Program-made: the position numbers and the translations under genes
Shown here: positions 1-12,877 of the stretch, piece after piece
Position numbering within the stretch: position 1 is the stretch's first letter
How the letters are laid out: each line of letters opens with the position of its first letter
DNA from: Lama guanicoe
Lineage: Eukaryota
NCBI GenBank assembly: GCA_013239625.1
Contig: MU054098.1
Coordinates: 620,001 to 684,000 of the forward strand
Length of the DNA: 64,000 nucleotides
Reading direction: 5' to 3'
Notes under the pieces: model-generated
The model's input: only the letters and a program-made list of their open reading frames with translations
Told to the model about the DNA's origin: nothing
Databases searched by the model: none

Positions 1-1823
1 TCCTCTCTTTTTTTATTTTTTGAAAAAGCTTTTAAGAATTAGTGTTAATTCTTCCAGCCTTTAGATAATTTCTAGAGCCTTGAATTAGTTGATTCTGACA
101 ATTTTGTAAAATTCCTTGTTGCTTTTAAGGAAGAGAAAATTTTAAAAGTCCACCATTTTTGTGTTACAAATACATCTTAAAATTTTATAATCTCACAGGG
201 TTTAGAAATTGCAGAAAATTTTGTACATGGAGACCATATTACTAATATAAAGAACAGAAATGGTGATTTTGAATAAAAATATGAATGAGAACATGGAAAC
301 ATCATATTCGTATTCATTTCTCAGTGTCTATCTAAGTGATACATTGTACACTGTTCTTCTAAATAAGCCTATAGGCATATGTTATAATACAGTATTTTAA
401 CATTTACTGTCTCAAATACTTTGTCAGTTATTTCTTTATCTTATAATTTTGCTTATGTTTAATTTTTGCTGTAGTTTTGTCTCAATCTACTTTACATTAA
501 AAAAGTTGCCAGAGTCAGAAATTTTATGTTTATATGTAGCCAAACCTTTCAGTCTTCTCATTTGTGTTATCATCATTGTTTCTTCATCTTAGATGCTAGA
601 TATTCAATAGTTGGGTAAATGCCTTTTTCAATTTCTTCTGGTTTTTCCTTGGATAGGTTTTAAATAGTCAACTTTTTAATCCTTCTAGACTTTATTTTTG
701 TGTGTGCAGTGAGGTGAAAATCTAGATTTATCTAACATGTTTTCTGGTATCATTGATTTTGATGTCTCACTTATCATAAATAGTATAACCTACTGCTGCC
801 CTTTTAAATTCTTTTTAATATTTTTATATGTTTAATCCTACATCCACACATTATTATTATATTGACTGTTGACTTAGAACATATTAAGAAATGGTTTTTC
901 TATTTCCATCTTTGCAAAGTGTTTATTAGGAATATGCATTGAAGTTTATTAAATGATTTTCAGCCTCTACTAGGAGGTTGTTTATTGTGTTTAACCTACA
1001 GTGATACTATATTTCTGCATTTTATAATATATTTTAAATTCCTTAAATTCTTTAGATAAAAAGAAACTAACATTAATTAGGTATATTTTTTCCAAGAAAT
1101 TTTACATAGATTATGTCATTTATGTCTCACAATAGCCTTATAAAGTAGTTATAGATCAAAGTAAAAAAACCTTGAGGTTTGATGATGGTAACACTCAAAG
1201 TGATGCAGTTGATAATTTGGATTTGAATATCTATATCAAAAGCTGTGGTTCCACCCTGTTAATTGAATTTGCACTGTATTCCATTAAGAATGTTTCTATA
1301 TTAATAACTAGGAATTCTCTGTATAATGGAGAGACAAAGATGCAAACAAAAATTTCAAAATTTAAGTTAAGTGCCTTTTACAGAGGTTGTGCACATGATA
1401 TTCTGGAAATAGTGTAATATGCTTAACTCTCCAGGTTTATGATATAGGCTTCCCAGAGAAGGCTGGAAAGGGAAGAAAGTGAAGTTCGGAGGAAGTAAAA
1501 GGTTGGACAAAAAGTCAAGGAGATCAGTGATGATGTCACAGAACATAATATTTGTGAATGAGGGAGTTAAAGAGCCGGGAGTAAGAACTTTATATTGAGA
1601 TGTAGGAAGTTGATTACAGTGTAGACTAGTTTATAATTTTTGACACATTATAAGAGTAGCCATAAAAATCATGTGGCTCTGTGAATTACCAAGAAGACTG
1701 TGCTTTAAAAATATTCCTACATTATTTGGTGTATACACCAATTATATAGTATCTTCTACTTTCTTTATTGCCAATTTTTTAAGGTTAACACAGATTTTCT
1801 AGTCTTCGAGCTTCCCTTGTCAT

Positions 1824-2352
1824 ATCAGGAAAGGAAAGACTGAGAGTGAGTTAAGATTTCCTTAGACCACTTCCCCATCCTAACCGAGGAGATAGAACTT
1901 AGGTTCAACTTGTGAAAGGACCAATGCCAGGAATGAGTGAGACATGCCCTGAGGACCTCCATGTTTGCTGTACATGCTGAACTTTTGCCAAACACTCTAA
2001 AATAAAACTGCTGAATAGTTTGCTGATTTGCCAAAAAGAAAGAAGAATGCTGAGGACTGAACTTTTTCTGAACTAGAGAAAACATACCTTTCCCTAGTAA
2101 CGGATGAGATATGCTGAATAACCCAATTGTACTTATAGAACAAATTTATCCTCCAGTCCAAATTCTTGGGAAACAGCTTGTATCAGCTTGCATGAACTTC
2201 TCCCTTTTCCCCATAAAACCCCCTACCCATTTTCCTCTGATGGGACGCTTTTCTGGGTTCCTCTGGAATCTGTGATCCTAGACTTGCAATTCTAAGACCC
2301 CAAGTAAACTGCCTTTTTGCCTTTTTATAGTTTGTGGTCCTTTTGGTTGCCA
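1824..2352 (+). mobile_element. Probable ERV1-like solo LTR
   Basis: LTR layout: CATAAAA TATA-like box near 2212, AGTAAA polyA-like signal near 2304, T-rich U5 ending TTTTGGTTGCCA. No clean TSD; 5' end uncertain. Confidence 0.55.
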
Positions 2353-2809
2353 AACTTTAGTATTGTTTCTCATTCTACTCACGTCATTGTAGTCTTTATA
2401 AACATTTAAAAGTTCTATTATGCATCCAATGCTCCTAATTAGTTTCTTGTAGGGCTTTAGATTTCTTTTTTATTTGATTCTACAGGACTTGTATGAAATG
2501 CTGAGTAGTCTTCAGCAGTTTTACATATTCTGCTAATTTAAGGTACTTTAAGGTAAAAGGTATTCTTTTGGTTTTAGCTTGGGGTTGAGGAAATGTATCA
2601 AGGAGTAAGGTGAGTCTAATTGCCTGAAGTAGAAAATCTTTTTCAAGTCATCACCCAAATATCTCTTTAGCCCTTCTAAACATAACAAATTGATTTTGAA
2701 AGAAAATAGAAAATTTATGATCAAACAGCCCCAAATAGGGCAGTGCTATCAAGTAGAAGTAGATAAAAAATGAAAGACTCACTAGGTTTTTGGCGGTGGG
2801 GGGGGGGGT

Positions 2810-3111
2810 CGGATTGGTTCCAGGACGTTGGGCAGATGCTCAAGTCCCTTACATGAAATGGTGTAGTAGTGGCATATAATCCTCCCATATACTTAAATCA
2901 TCTCTAGATTACTTACAATACCTACTACAACATAAATGCTCTGTAAAAAAATTATAAACACAATGTAGATGCTATGTAACTAGTTACTGTTGTGTGGCAA
3001 ATTCCAGTTTTGCTTTTTGGAATTTTCTGGAATTTTTAAACAAATATTTTTGGTCCATGGTTGGTTGAATCCATGGAGGAAAACCCTGCAGATACAAAGG
3101 GGCTGACTGTA
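2810..3111. mobile_element. MER2-like TcMar-Tigger DNA transposon remnant
   Basis: Core GATGCTCAAGTCCCTTAC...CATCTCTAGATTACTTACAATACC and terminus GGTTGGTTGAATCC...GATACAAAGGGGCTGACTG followed by a TA target. Confidence 0.8.
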
Positions 3112-3839
3112 TTCTCTGAAAAACCTGCCAAAGATAAGTAAAACTCTATTTTAGTTATGGAAAGAACTATTTACAAAATAGAGTACTATTTATTATACAA
3201 TTTTCTTTGTGGAACTTGATGAACACAGGATTTCTTTCAGCCAATAATTTGAACAATGTATGGCTCTAGTTTGAATGAGTTGAAATTATGTTTTTTTTTA
3301 TTATACTGTCATGGTATTAATACTGCATAACACTGTAGATGTTTATTACCTAATAAAGCTGTATATTCTTAGTAGTACTTAAGTCACATTTTAATTGTCT
3401 GCTAATTAATCATATAAAATGATCTGTTGTCCTACAAATTTTTAACACTGACTAGGTACTCACTAGGTATAGTTTCAGGTTCCATGATTTCACAGGAAAG
3501 TCACCAAGCTTATTACAAGCGTTAGAAAAATAAATCTATAGGATTTCATTAAATAGTTAATTTTGCTTAGCTTTCAGAGAAATATTATTAATTAATTAAT
3601 TATGGTTAACAAATATTCTTGTACAGATATTTCCTTATCCCATCAAGTATAATACTTGAGTGAAGAGGTCAGACCTAAGTCATGAAGAATTAGGTTTCTC
3701 TGAGATCTAATAGCTTTCAACTTCAATCCTATCTCTAACCATTTCCCCCCTTTCATTCTCTTATACCTTTCTACATTTTGACTTTCTTCAGAATGACATC
3801 TGTAATTCAAACACCCCTTCGTCAGATCTCTTTCCTGGT

Positions 3840-4110
3840 GCACTAGACGAACTCCTACACATCATTAAAGACCCAGCTGAGACAGTACTTCATTTGGGAA
3901 GCCCATTCTAAAACTACACACACAGAGTTAATTACTCCTTTCTATATCTTCCCTTGGTACCCTGAACATATCTGTGCCTTAGTATCTATATGTTACTGTA
4001 TTTTTCTTTTTATTTCTTTTGGTATATTGTAAACTTCTTGAGGTGACAGCCTGCTTTAGTAACTCTGTAATGTTTCACATGGCTCAGTTAATAGCATAGA
4101 TGTCAGTCTT
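3840..4110 (+). mobile_element. L2 LINE 3' fragment (diverged)
   Basis: Similar to the L2 3' end (AAGACCCAGCT..., TGTAAACTTCTTGAGG, CACATGGCTCAGTTAATAG). Confidence 0.5.
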
Positions 4111-6744
4111 TACATGTTAAATGGCGTCACAATTCCCCTGACTATTGACATAATCAGCCCCACCCAAAATCTGGACCAATCAGAGACAGACCTAGTAGTA
4201 TAAGAGGGGCTCCTAATAACCAGCTCTTGCCCTCAGTGGCCAGGCTGCTTAGCAGCTGGTCTCACTGCATGGGTTCTTGGTACCTAAGTTTCCCAGCATT
4301 CTTGCTACAGAAGAAGATCCCTGGCAGCCTAGAGACATAACTTATCATTCTAGAATGGCACAACTTGTCTGGAAGCAGAAGATCTACTTTTGGTTTTCCA
4401 CATCTTATCTCACGTCCAGATCCCTCTGCATTAAAATCTCCTGTGCTGCATCTTCTCTTAAGACTGAATATCAAGACCATTGAAAACATCTGAAGTTATA
4501 TCACAACCAGCAAAAAAGCCTCCTCGAACTGTTTAGATACTTCACGTATGAACTGTAATTTAGACTTGTGACTTGTAAATTTGGATTCCATCTGCTGAAC
4601 CAGTCTTCAGGATGGGGATAGCATTTTCCACTCCGCTAGTTTATCCTACCCTGGAAGAAATTTATGAAGGTGTTAATGGGCCTCCTCCACCAGTTCGTCA
4701 TCAAGAGCTTCCAAATCCTTGTTTCTTAAGTCTGTTTCTGACATTATTTAATCATCGAGGGTGTAGTTTTAAATGTTGGTATGCCTTAATAAAGGAGATT
4801 GTGAAATATATTTTGGATGTATATGACAGTTTTTGGGTAGATTTTCATCTGCAGGGTGGCATGACTATTTTTATGAGCACAAAGAATTTAATTAGATGAA
4901 ACTGTAAAGACCTTTTCGACTTCACAAGTCTATAGTATATTTAAAAATTAATCATAAACTTAAATATCAAAGGTAAAAAAGCATATTCAAATTCTTATAC
5001 TATTTGATATTTTTTACTTTTATTGAACAAAATATCCACTATTGACCACAATAATTCAATTTACAAACTGGTATTATTCAGAAAGATTGGAAATTAGTAT
5101 CAGCTACTTCATTTCACTAACGGGTTATTTGGGCTTAACAAGATGGCATTTTCATCATTCTCTTTAAACATATTCTGAATATGTCTTAGCTACTGATAAT
5201 GTCATCATAGAATATGGCCTGCTCTTCATATTGTAGGTTTGTTAAGTGTATAACCTATACAAGAGATGAGGAACAAAATTGGGGTAACCGACGAAAGAGT
5301 CCCAGCATTTTGGGATGGTACCACCCTAGATAACGCTTTCTATGGAAAATCAATTTAGATGAGTAAATAACCATTCACAGAATAGTAAAGGACATAGGAG
5401 AAGGCAGTGAGACTAAAAATATCTCAAAAATTGTGGCTTGGTATAAACAGTAGGAAAAAAGTGACAGTTGGAAGAAATGGTCGTTTTACCATGAGAAACT
5501 TTGAACGTTTGGAGCATGAGCTGATGGTTGTTAGTAAATAACAAATGAAGGCATATGCTAGGAACAAGTAATAGTTTGCCAGGAAGCAAAAATGTTCCTA
5601 TGAGGACGCTTCCTGCAGTGACTCCTCTTAGCTTCAATTCAAACTATACATTTAGAAATACACTGACACAAAATCTTTAGCTTTGATAGGCAAAGTGCAG
5701 ATTTAATATGCTACTATAGTAATCAGTGAATTAAATTTTTGTAATGAGTGCCTGTGATGGGAATATTATCATGACTCTTATCTAGCCCATAAGGCAGATA
5801 TTGCCATAATTAAAGTGATGAGAAATGTCATGTAAAAGTAAAGAGGAAATATATAAGGGTTCCCCCAATGTGAGTATTCCATATGCATATGTGACATCTA
5901 TATGTTCTTCGATTATTTCACTCTATTACTGTCGTTATTATACTACTTAGATATCTTTTGTTATACAAAGACTTTAAAGGAGTCTATAAACATTAGTATG
6001 TTAATCTTCTAAAAAACATGTAGAGTGGGGGTCTCGGAAAGAAGTATGAAAAGATGGAATTGGTCTTCTGGCACTTTTTCGCTTTCAAATCTCTTTTTCC
6101 CGTTAATAGTATCCATATTTTACTTAGGCATGTTGAATTAAAATCAAATTTCTGTGATTGGAAGGCAGGCAACAGGGAATTATTTTGGCTGGTGTAGCAA
6201 GAAAACTAACTTTAGCAGGATCCGTCAAATCCCAATTGATAAGGGGCTTACTCTGAGCTTCCAAGAATTCAAAGACTTCCAAGTACATATTTAGCCATTC
6301 TATCTATGACGTAAGCAGTTTATTGATCTTACCATGCCGCATGTTGTCCATTTTATTGATTAAAATTCAATATAATATACTATAAAACATTTATGTAAAT
6401 TGGTTTTAAAAATCAGGAACTGTAAATTTTAGCTGGGCTATCATCATATAATCAGTTTGGGGTGAAGTGTAGGGATTTTTTAAGTGTTTTGCTTTTTTTT
6501 TTAAATGAGATTAAATTCTTGCTTCCAAATTAAAATTGAAGACATGTGATGGCAAAAGAAAAAGTGATGAGACAAGTCCTGACCAGGTTGCAATAGTAGG
6601 CGGATGGGTGGTGAAACTATCACAAGAGAAAGCCCTGAGCCCTGGTTACAGAGGCAAGAAAGGTTAATCGGAGAATGAAGCTGAATGTCTACTTTGAGAA
6701 TCAGATGGGTCAAATGCTAAGGTTTGAGAATTAGATAAGCAGGG

Positions 6745-6774
<30 letters not shown>
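6745..6774 (+). repeat. (AAC)10 microsatellite
   Basis: Read directly; explains the poly-Leu and poly-Cys ORFs. Confidence 0.95.
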
Positions 6775-6776
<2 letters not shown>

Positions 6777-7669
6777 AAAGCAAGAACAAATGACTGGAAA
6801 GTAAAATGGAGCAATTGTGTTACAACATGGGACACACCAGGAAAAATATAACAGGAAAAAGCCTCCTTTATCCCATTGGTACCTCTGGTGCATCCCAGTT
6901 CCTGTACTGCCTGTTTCTTCCAGATTAAATGCACTGTTTGGCTGCATTCCTAAATTTCAACCTTTATATTTTGTTCCCTGGATGCTGATCAGCTTCCTTT
7001 TTCTTTGGCATGGCTTTTTCACAAACAGATAAGCTTTCCCCTTGGCGTACAAATATTTGTAAGATCTGAAGATAAAGGGTTCAGAGTCCAGGAAAAGCCC
7101 ATGGCCCAGATTTTGGATTTGGGTTTCCCATCAGCAGATACTAGCTGAGAATATGAAAGTGGAGATGTTGCCTAGGGAAAGAATGTAGGGGAAGCAGACC
7201 TCAGACCAAGGACTTTGATAGCTTTTTAAATTCCTTTCTACCTGAAATTTATGTTACTGCAACAAGTCCCTAGAAATACTAGTTGAAAGCTGATTTTCTC
7301 CTTCTAAAAAAATAGATTACAAAAGCTTACTCCAGAATGCATATACTATAGCTGAAGGCTCTCAATTTTTATTTTAGTCCTTTTGATTAACGTCTCTGGA
7401 CCTTTGCAAAATTTTGCAAAAACAGAAAGTAATTACATACTTTAACATTATGTCATTTTGGAAACAATTATTTCTGAATGATTTTTATTCTTATCTCAAC
7501 AACTTTATCTAAAATAGAAACATACTATTCTTAGATTGAGAACCTTATTGTTCAGTAACATATAACTGCTAGTTCAGCACTAAAAAATCTCTACTCTTAC
7601 ACTACCATGGAATGAACATGGCCTTTGAAACTACACAAACCTGAGTTTGAGATACAGTATCACTAGCTT

Positions 7670-7920
7670 AGGTGTCACCACCTCCATGAAGCCATTCCTG
7701 AAACTCTTCCCCCTCCCTCATTAGCTACTTTTCTTTTGTGTTCACAATAAACCTGACATAGCTCTAATTTGGCGACTATGCTACAGTGTATTAAAATTAT
7801 TAGCTACTGTGTCAGTTTCCCCCATTACAATTCCTACAGGCAAAAGAATATGTTGATTCAACACAGAGCTCAGCAAATTATAGGTGCTCTTTTTAATGTT
7901 TGAAAAGACAGATGAATAGA
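7670..7920 (+). mobile_element. L2 LINE 3' fragment
   Basis: GTCACCACCTCCATGAAGCCATTCCTGA...TTCCCCCATTACAATTCCTACAGGCA...TAGGTGCTC resembles the L2 3' end. Confidence 0.55.
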
Positions 7921-10214
7921 TGCTGCTCAAGTGGCTTTATATATCTTCTTCTTACAGGAAGAATGAAAAGAGAAGGATGGTAACATTTTTTTTTTCTGGA
8001 TATGTGGATAAAAAGAACCTAAGCATAGTGTATCAGTTAAAAAAAATATCAGAAAATGAAGAGCTAAAGGCAAAACTCGAAACAAAACTCCTGAGCAAAA
8101 CTTGACGTAGGGACCCTCATGTTGAAATGCTCTGATTGTCATCATGGGCTACATAATAGCTTTGGGTTTAGTTAGGGAGACAGAAAAGTTTCTAGCAATT
8201 AATTTGGCTCTTTGGAAATACTGAGGCATATTTCTGAGAAAAAGGTGAATTGTGAAACTCTTTGGCACATTCTAAGATGATGGCCCTTTTGTTGTTTTTA
8301 ATTAGCTCAAGTTCTTAATGGAAGTGTCAGGAAACAGCACAGAAACTCTGTGCAAAAGCTCTTGACCTCACTCTACGATTTCCCATCTCTGTGTCTAATA
8401 GTATCACTAGACCAGACTTTGAAGCTAGCTGCCATAGAGACTCCTATTTGCTCAAGTTTTTACTATCTTCTTAAAGATAGATGGGAAAGCTCATTATCTT
8501 GTATTTGGAATTTCATGCAGCTTAATTCATATATGAATACATCATAGCCAGTGCTAAATATTCACTAGATATCTCCCATAAATCCCATGTTGCAAAATCC
8601 TTGGTTGCTGATTCTAAAATTACAATGCCTCAATTTAAAATTACTTATTAGGCAGCTCTCTTGGGAATCAGGTACAAGAAGTTTCATAAATGGATTTTTT
8701 TGGAATAGGGGGAATTCTTTGTTGTCCCTATACCTCATTGTGCTACTCCTTTCATCAAAGACTCTTTGTGACTTAGAAAATGTATTCAAATTTAGGGAAA
8801 GTAAGAACTAGAGGAAGCTAGGAAAGTTAGGTAGATGTCAAACTATAACGTACCTTGAATTTTAAAATTTAAGTAAATTTGAAGTTACTGTTTGGACCAC
8901 AGAATATTATACTTTTCCCATTAAAACTTTTTGATGTTCACATTCCCATTTAATAAAATTTTAATATACAACTGAAGATTTTAGTCCTTGAAAGCCCATG
9001 GTGAAATACACAAATACTAGGAAGAGTAAAGAGTTAAGTCATTTCCTGACATCAAAACCCCAAGCACTGTGACTTGGTCAGATTAATCAGATCCTGGCAG
9101 AATAAAGGCCAGGTATGCTTGAGAAGCCCTAAATGCCTTCTGCTTTCTGGATTCTAAAGAACTGCAGTCTAGTTCAACGGACTGACTCTGGATATAGACG
9201 CCAACCCTGGCTCTCAAACTACTTACCTTTGTGTCCATAGAGTAATCAGTTAACCACACTGAACCTCAGTTTCCAAGTCTGTAAAATGAGGGAAGCTGAG
9301 TGATTTGAACTTTAAGGTTTTTAGTTCTCAGACCCTGAGTATAAACTAGTTGTTGTTCTCCTAATTATCTGAGGAGTGAAGAGATGTCTGAATCATTCTT
9401 CCAGGCTTAGTGAAACGATATAAACAGGACAATGTTAATACTAATATTATTAATTTACAACAAGATTAACACTCAGACATTTGAAATCCCATGAAAGAAA
9501 CATTCTTACTGAAATTTGGCTACTTCCCGTATGTGATTTCCAAAGACCCCTATCTTAGCACATGCACACCATAACATTTAGTGTACACGACAGGTACAAA
9601 GTTAATGTTACTATTGTGTTCCAATGGGACATTGCTTGTCCCCTTTCCTAATGGATGATGGTCAGTCCCCAGATCCCAGAAATGAATCCCTTTTCTTATA
9701 TGCAATTCTGTGCTACAGCCAGGTGCTCTATTTATGAGAACAGACCTCATTCCAGTCTGACTAGGGGTATTTCAGTGACACACTGTCTGCCTTGGCAAAA
9801 TTTTCTTTAGCTTGATTAATACTTATTGCCAACTTCCCAAGTGAGAACACTTACGGAACAATGTGCTCTTTCACAGCCACTAACACTATTTAACCCTGAT
9901 AGCACAACACGTAACTGATCCTTTAATTAATTTGAGGATAAGAAGTAAAATCTTTTGTGCCCATGGATGTTTTATTTTTATATATTGTAGCTTAGGTAAA
10001 AACTCAAAACACAGTGTTGCCTCATCACTGAAACTGAACTCTTGTTAATTAGAAAATCTTATATTAAATAGTCTTCACCAGAATTTACCTTAGGCCAGGT
10101 CCTGGTGGATTGGAGTTAAGAGGGTCACAATTTTGGCAGAAAGAATGGTATAGCGGAAAGGCAACTGAGTCAAATGTGACCATGATTTGTGGTTCCAGTG
10201 TTAACAATTACTAA

Positions 10215-10332
10215 ATGAATACGTGTATATGTATGCATGACTGGGACAGTGTACTGTACACCAGAAATTGGCACACTGTAACTGACTGTACTTCAATTAA
10301 AAAAAATAATAATTTAATTAATTAATTAATTA
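10215..10332 (+). mobile_element. 5'-truncated L1 3' end with A-rich/(TTAA)n tail
   Basis: TGTACACCAGAAATTGGCACACTGTAACTGACTGTACTTCAATTAAAAAAA is a laurasiatherian-type L1 3' terminus; same family as 61054-61194. Confidence 0.75.
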
Positions 10333-11583
10333 ATGGTAGGGTCATTTTGGAACTAAGCTGTTTGTGGGGACAGGTGTCAACACATCCCTAACTTCTAAAT
10401 TTGACTTCATTCATTCAGGAGACATTGTTACAAGTCCCTCTGTAATTAAAAAAAAACACTGTATTAAATGCTAAAAAACAAAACAAAACAAACAACAAAC
10501 AATTACTATCATGAGCATATCACCCTCTCTGGTTGTCAGCAGAATGAGGGGGAAAAAAAAAGGAACACTAGGTTACAGACGTTGCCCTCCATTCCCCACC
10601 ATATCCTGATACGTGAGAATAATGATATTCCTTCAGCTGACCCCTCTTTGTGTCACTGCGCTTATTAGACCCTGTAAAGAGCTCAAGCTTCGGAGTCAGA
10701 CAGAGCTGGGCTCTAGTCTACACTCGATCGCTCCTGGAGTTGTTTACTGATTGGCCTGTGATTAGGCATTATTCAGTAGTACAGCCAGGCCTGGAACCTA
10801 GATCTCATGACTTTCAACCCTGTACTCTCTTTATGATACCATGGTTGAAACTGATCAATGGAAGGGAAATAAAACTGTGAAAATCCATAATAATTTCCCC
10901 TTATAGAAAGGTGAGCATGGGTAAGACAGGTAATGTATATAATGAAATGATCATTTTTTGAAAGTTATTTGAAGATTATTGATTTGTATAGTAACTTTTT
11001 CTATCAAAAGTTAATTGTCCTAAGTCCAAGGGACAGTGAGAAGCCAATGATATATAGCTTCACTATTTGGAAGTATAAAGATTAGATCAGTTAAACATCA
11101 TTATCTTTCTAAGAGTCTCACTGTTATTTAAGAATTTTTTTTTAAAGTTGTGCAAATTCTCAATCTCCCTCTGCACTGGCTGAGATGAATATATTACTAT
11201 GTGGGATTTTGGTCAAGGAGATAATAAGGCAGAAAGACCCTTAGATAACGATTGTGCCGCTGCTGTCATATGTGTAGGAATGTATACTTATGCAAAACAT
11301 ATGCACACGATCACATCAAGAATTGACATAGTCTACAAATATTTTCCCAGCTCCTTCTTTACCCACAGAATTAAAAGGTAGAATTACTTTAAGAAAAGCC
11401 AATCCATTGTCATATCTGGACAATAATGAGTGGAACATGGGGCTTAGCTGTAGAAACTATCTTTCTGAAAGAAAGATCTTGGTATAGAACAGTGAATCTT
11501 GAATGTTAAGGTATATTATAATCACCCAAGGAGCTAGCTAAATTGCTGATTGAAATAACAGGTAATTCTGAGGCAGAAGGTCA

Positions 11584-11602
11584 CATTGCCATCTGGTGGC
11601 TA
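11584..11602 (-). promoter_or_regulatory. Candidate CTCF binding site
   Basis: Reverse complement TAGCCACCAGATGGCAATG fits the CTCF core CCASYAGRKGGC. Motif only; no binding evidence. Confidence 0.5.
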
Positions 11603-11734
11603 TAATGAGTGAGAATTACCTTCGAAAAATCACAGGTCCAGTTTAGACGTGGGAAATGTGAACTGGTAAATTCGCATCTCCAAAATTCCTTAACCACTTC
11701 CTAATTATTTGCTCAAACTCATTCTCTGAATTTG

Positions 11735-11870
11735 TTTGCTTCTGTGTCTATTGTCTGGGGTTCTCTACAAGGTTATAAGCTCCTTAACGGTAAGGCTGAT
11801 GCTCTTTTTATTTACCACTGTAAACCCCACACCTAGTGTAGATACTCAGTATTTGAATGAATGAATGAGT
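11735..11870 (+). mobile_element. L2 LINE 3' terminus
   Basis: TATAAGCTCCTTAACGGTAAGG...ACCTAGTGTAGATACTCAGTATTTGAATGAATGAATGA, the typical L2 (TGAA)n end. Confidence 0.7.
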
Positions 11871-12833
11871 GAGTTCACTACCTTATCTCTAGGTGGCAAA
11901 TACTGGAGAGAATTTGGCTCAAGAGATCTCATTTTCCTACTTATTTTTTGGACATAAAATTGTTATCAACTTAGAGGTGGGAGGGAAGATTTCCAATGTT
12001 TTCTGAGAAAATGGGGAAAATTCATTTGTCTTTTCTACCCCAGACTCTCCTTCCCTTATGTCAATTCAATGGATTGGGTTTCCTTAAAGTAATCCTATTT
12101 TTTAATTCTGTGGGTAAAGAAGGAGCTGGGAAAATGTTTGTAGACTGTCAATTCTTGATGTGTTCATTTGTATATGTTGTGTGTAAGTATACATTCCTAT
12201 GCTCATGCATAACCTACCCATTTATAAATATTCATGAGCATGTTCAAATTAATGTGCTAGAACACGACAAATGTGTTTGGCTACAATATTTCTGCCAATC
12301 ATATGATCTAATCTGCAATGTGATTGAATATTATATAACATGCAGTCCCATTTATGGGTCTGGTTGATGTGCTCATGGCACTGTTTATTGTCATGGTGAG
12401 AAAAGCCACATTTGTTCAGAATTTTTAAAGATTTTGGTAATTTTTCTTTACTGCTACTGCTAGAAAAATGATATTAAACATTTAGTTCGCTTACTTTAAA
12501 GTTTTCAAGCATCTCAGTGATAAACTGAATAATCTTGATCAAGAATATTTATATTATGTTGTTTCCATAATGAAACTTGTGATTAAGAAGGTGTGTGCAA
12601 AATACTTTGTGCGATTAAAGCTTCAAGTAATTCATTCAAATGCAGACCAAACAAAGGTCAGAGTCTATAGTCTACTCAATATGTTTGTGGGAAGGTAAGC
12701 AGTGCTGTATTGTAAATTAGAGGAGAAAATGGTTATCATTTTCTAGTCTGTATCTCTAACATATATGTATATTGGTTTGAGAGTTTACTTTTCAACTTAA
12801 CTTCTAAAATAAAATTTTATAAGTACAGTGGAA

Positions 12834-12877
<44 letters not shown>
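12834..12877 (+). repeat. (TATC)11 microsatellite
   Basis: Read directly. Confidence 0.95.

Noticed and set aside
5300..5315. Alu-like TCCCAGCATTTTGGGA
   Set aside because: An isolated 16-mer with no flanking Alu/7SL similarity in a non-primate genome.
12199..12241. Inverted repeat ATGCTCATG...CATGAGCAT as a novel miRNA
   Set aside because: Only 9 perfect pairs with poor extension, far short of a pre-miRNA stem.
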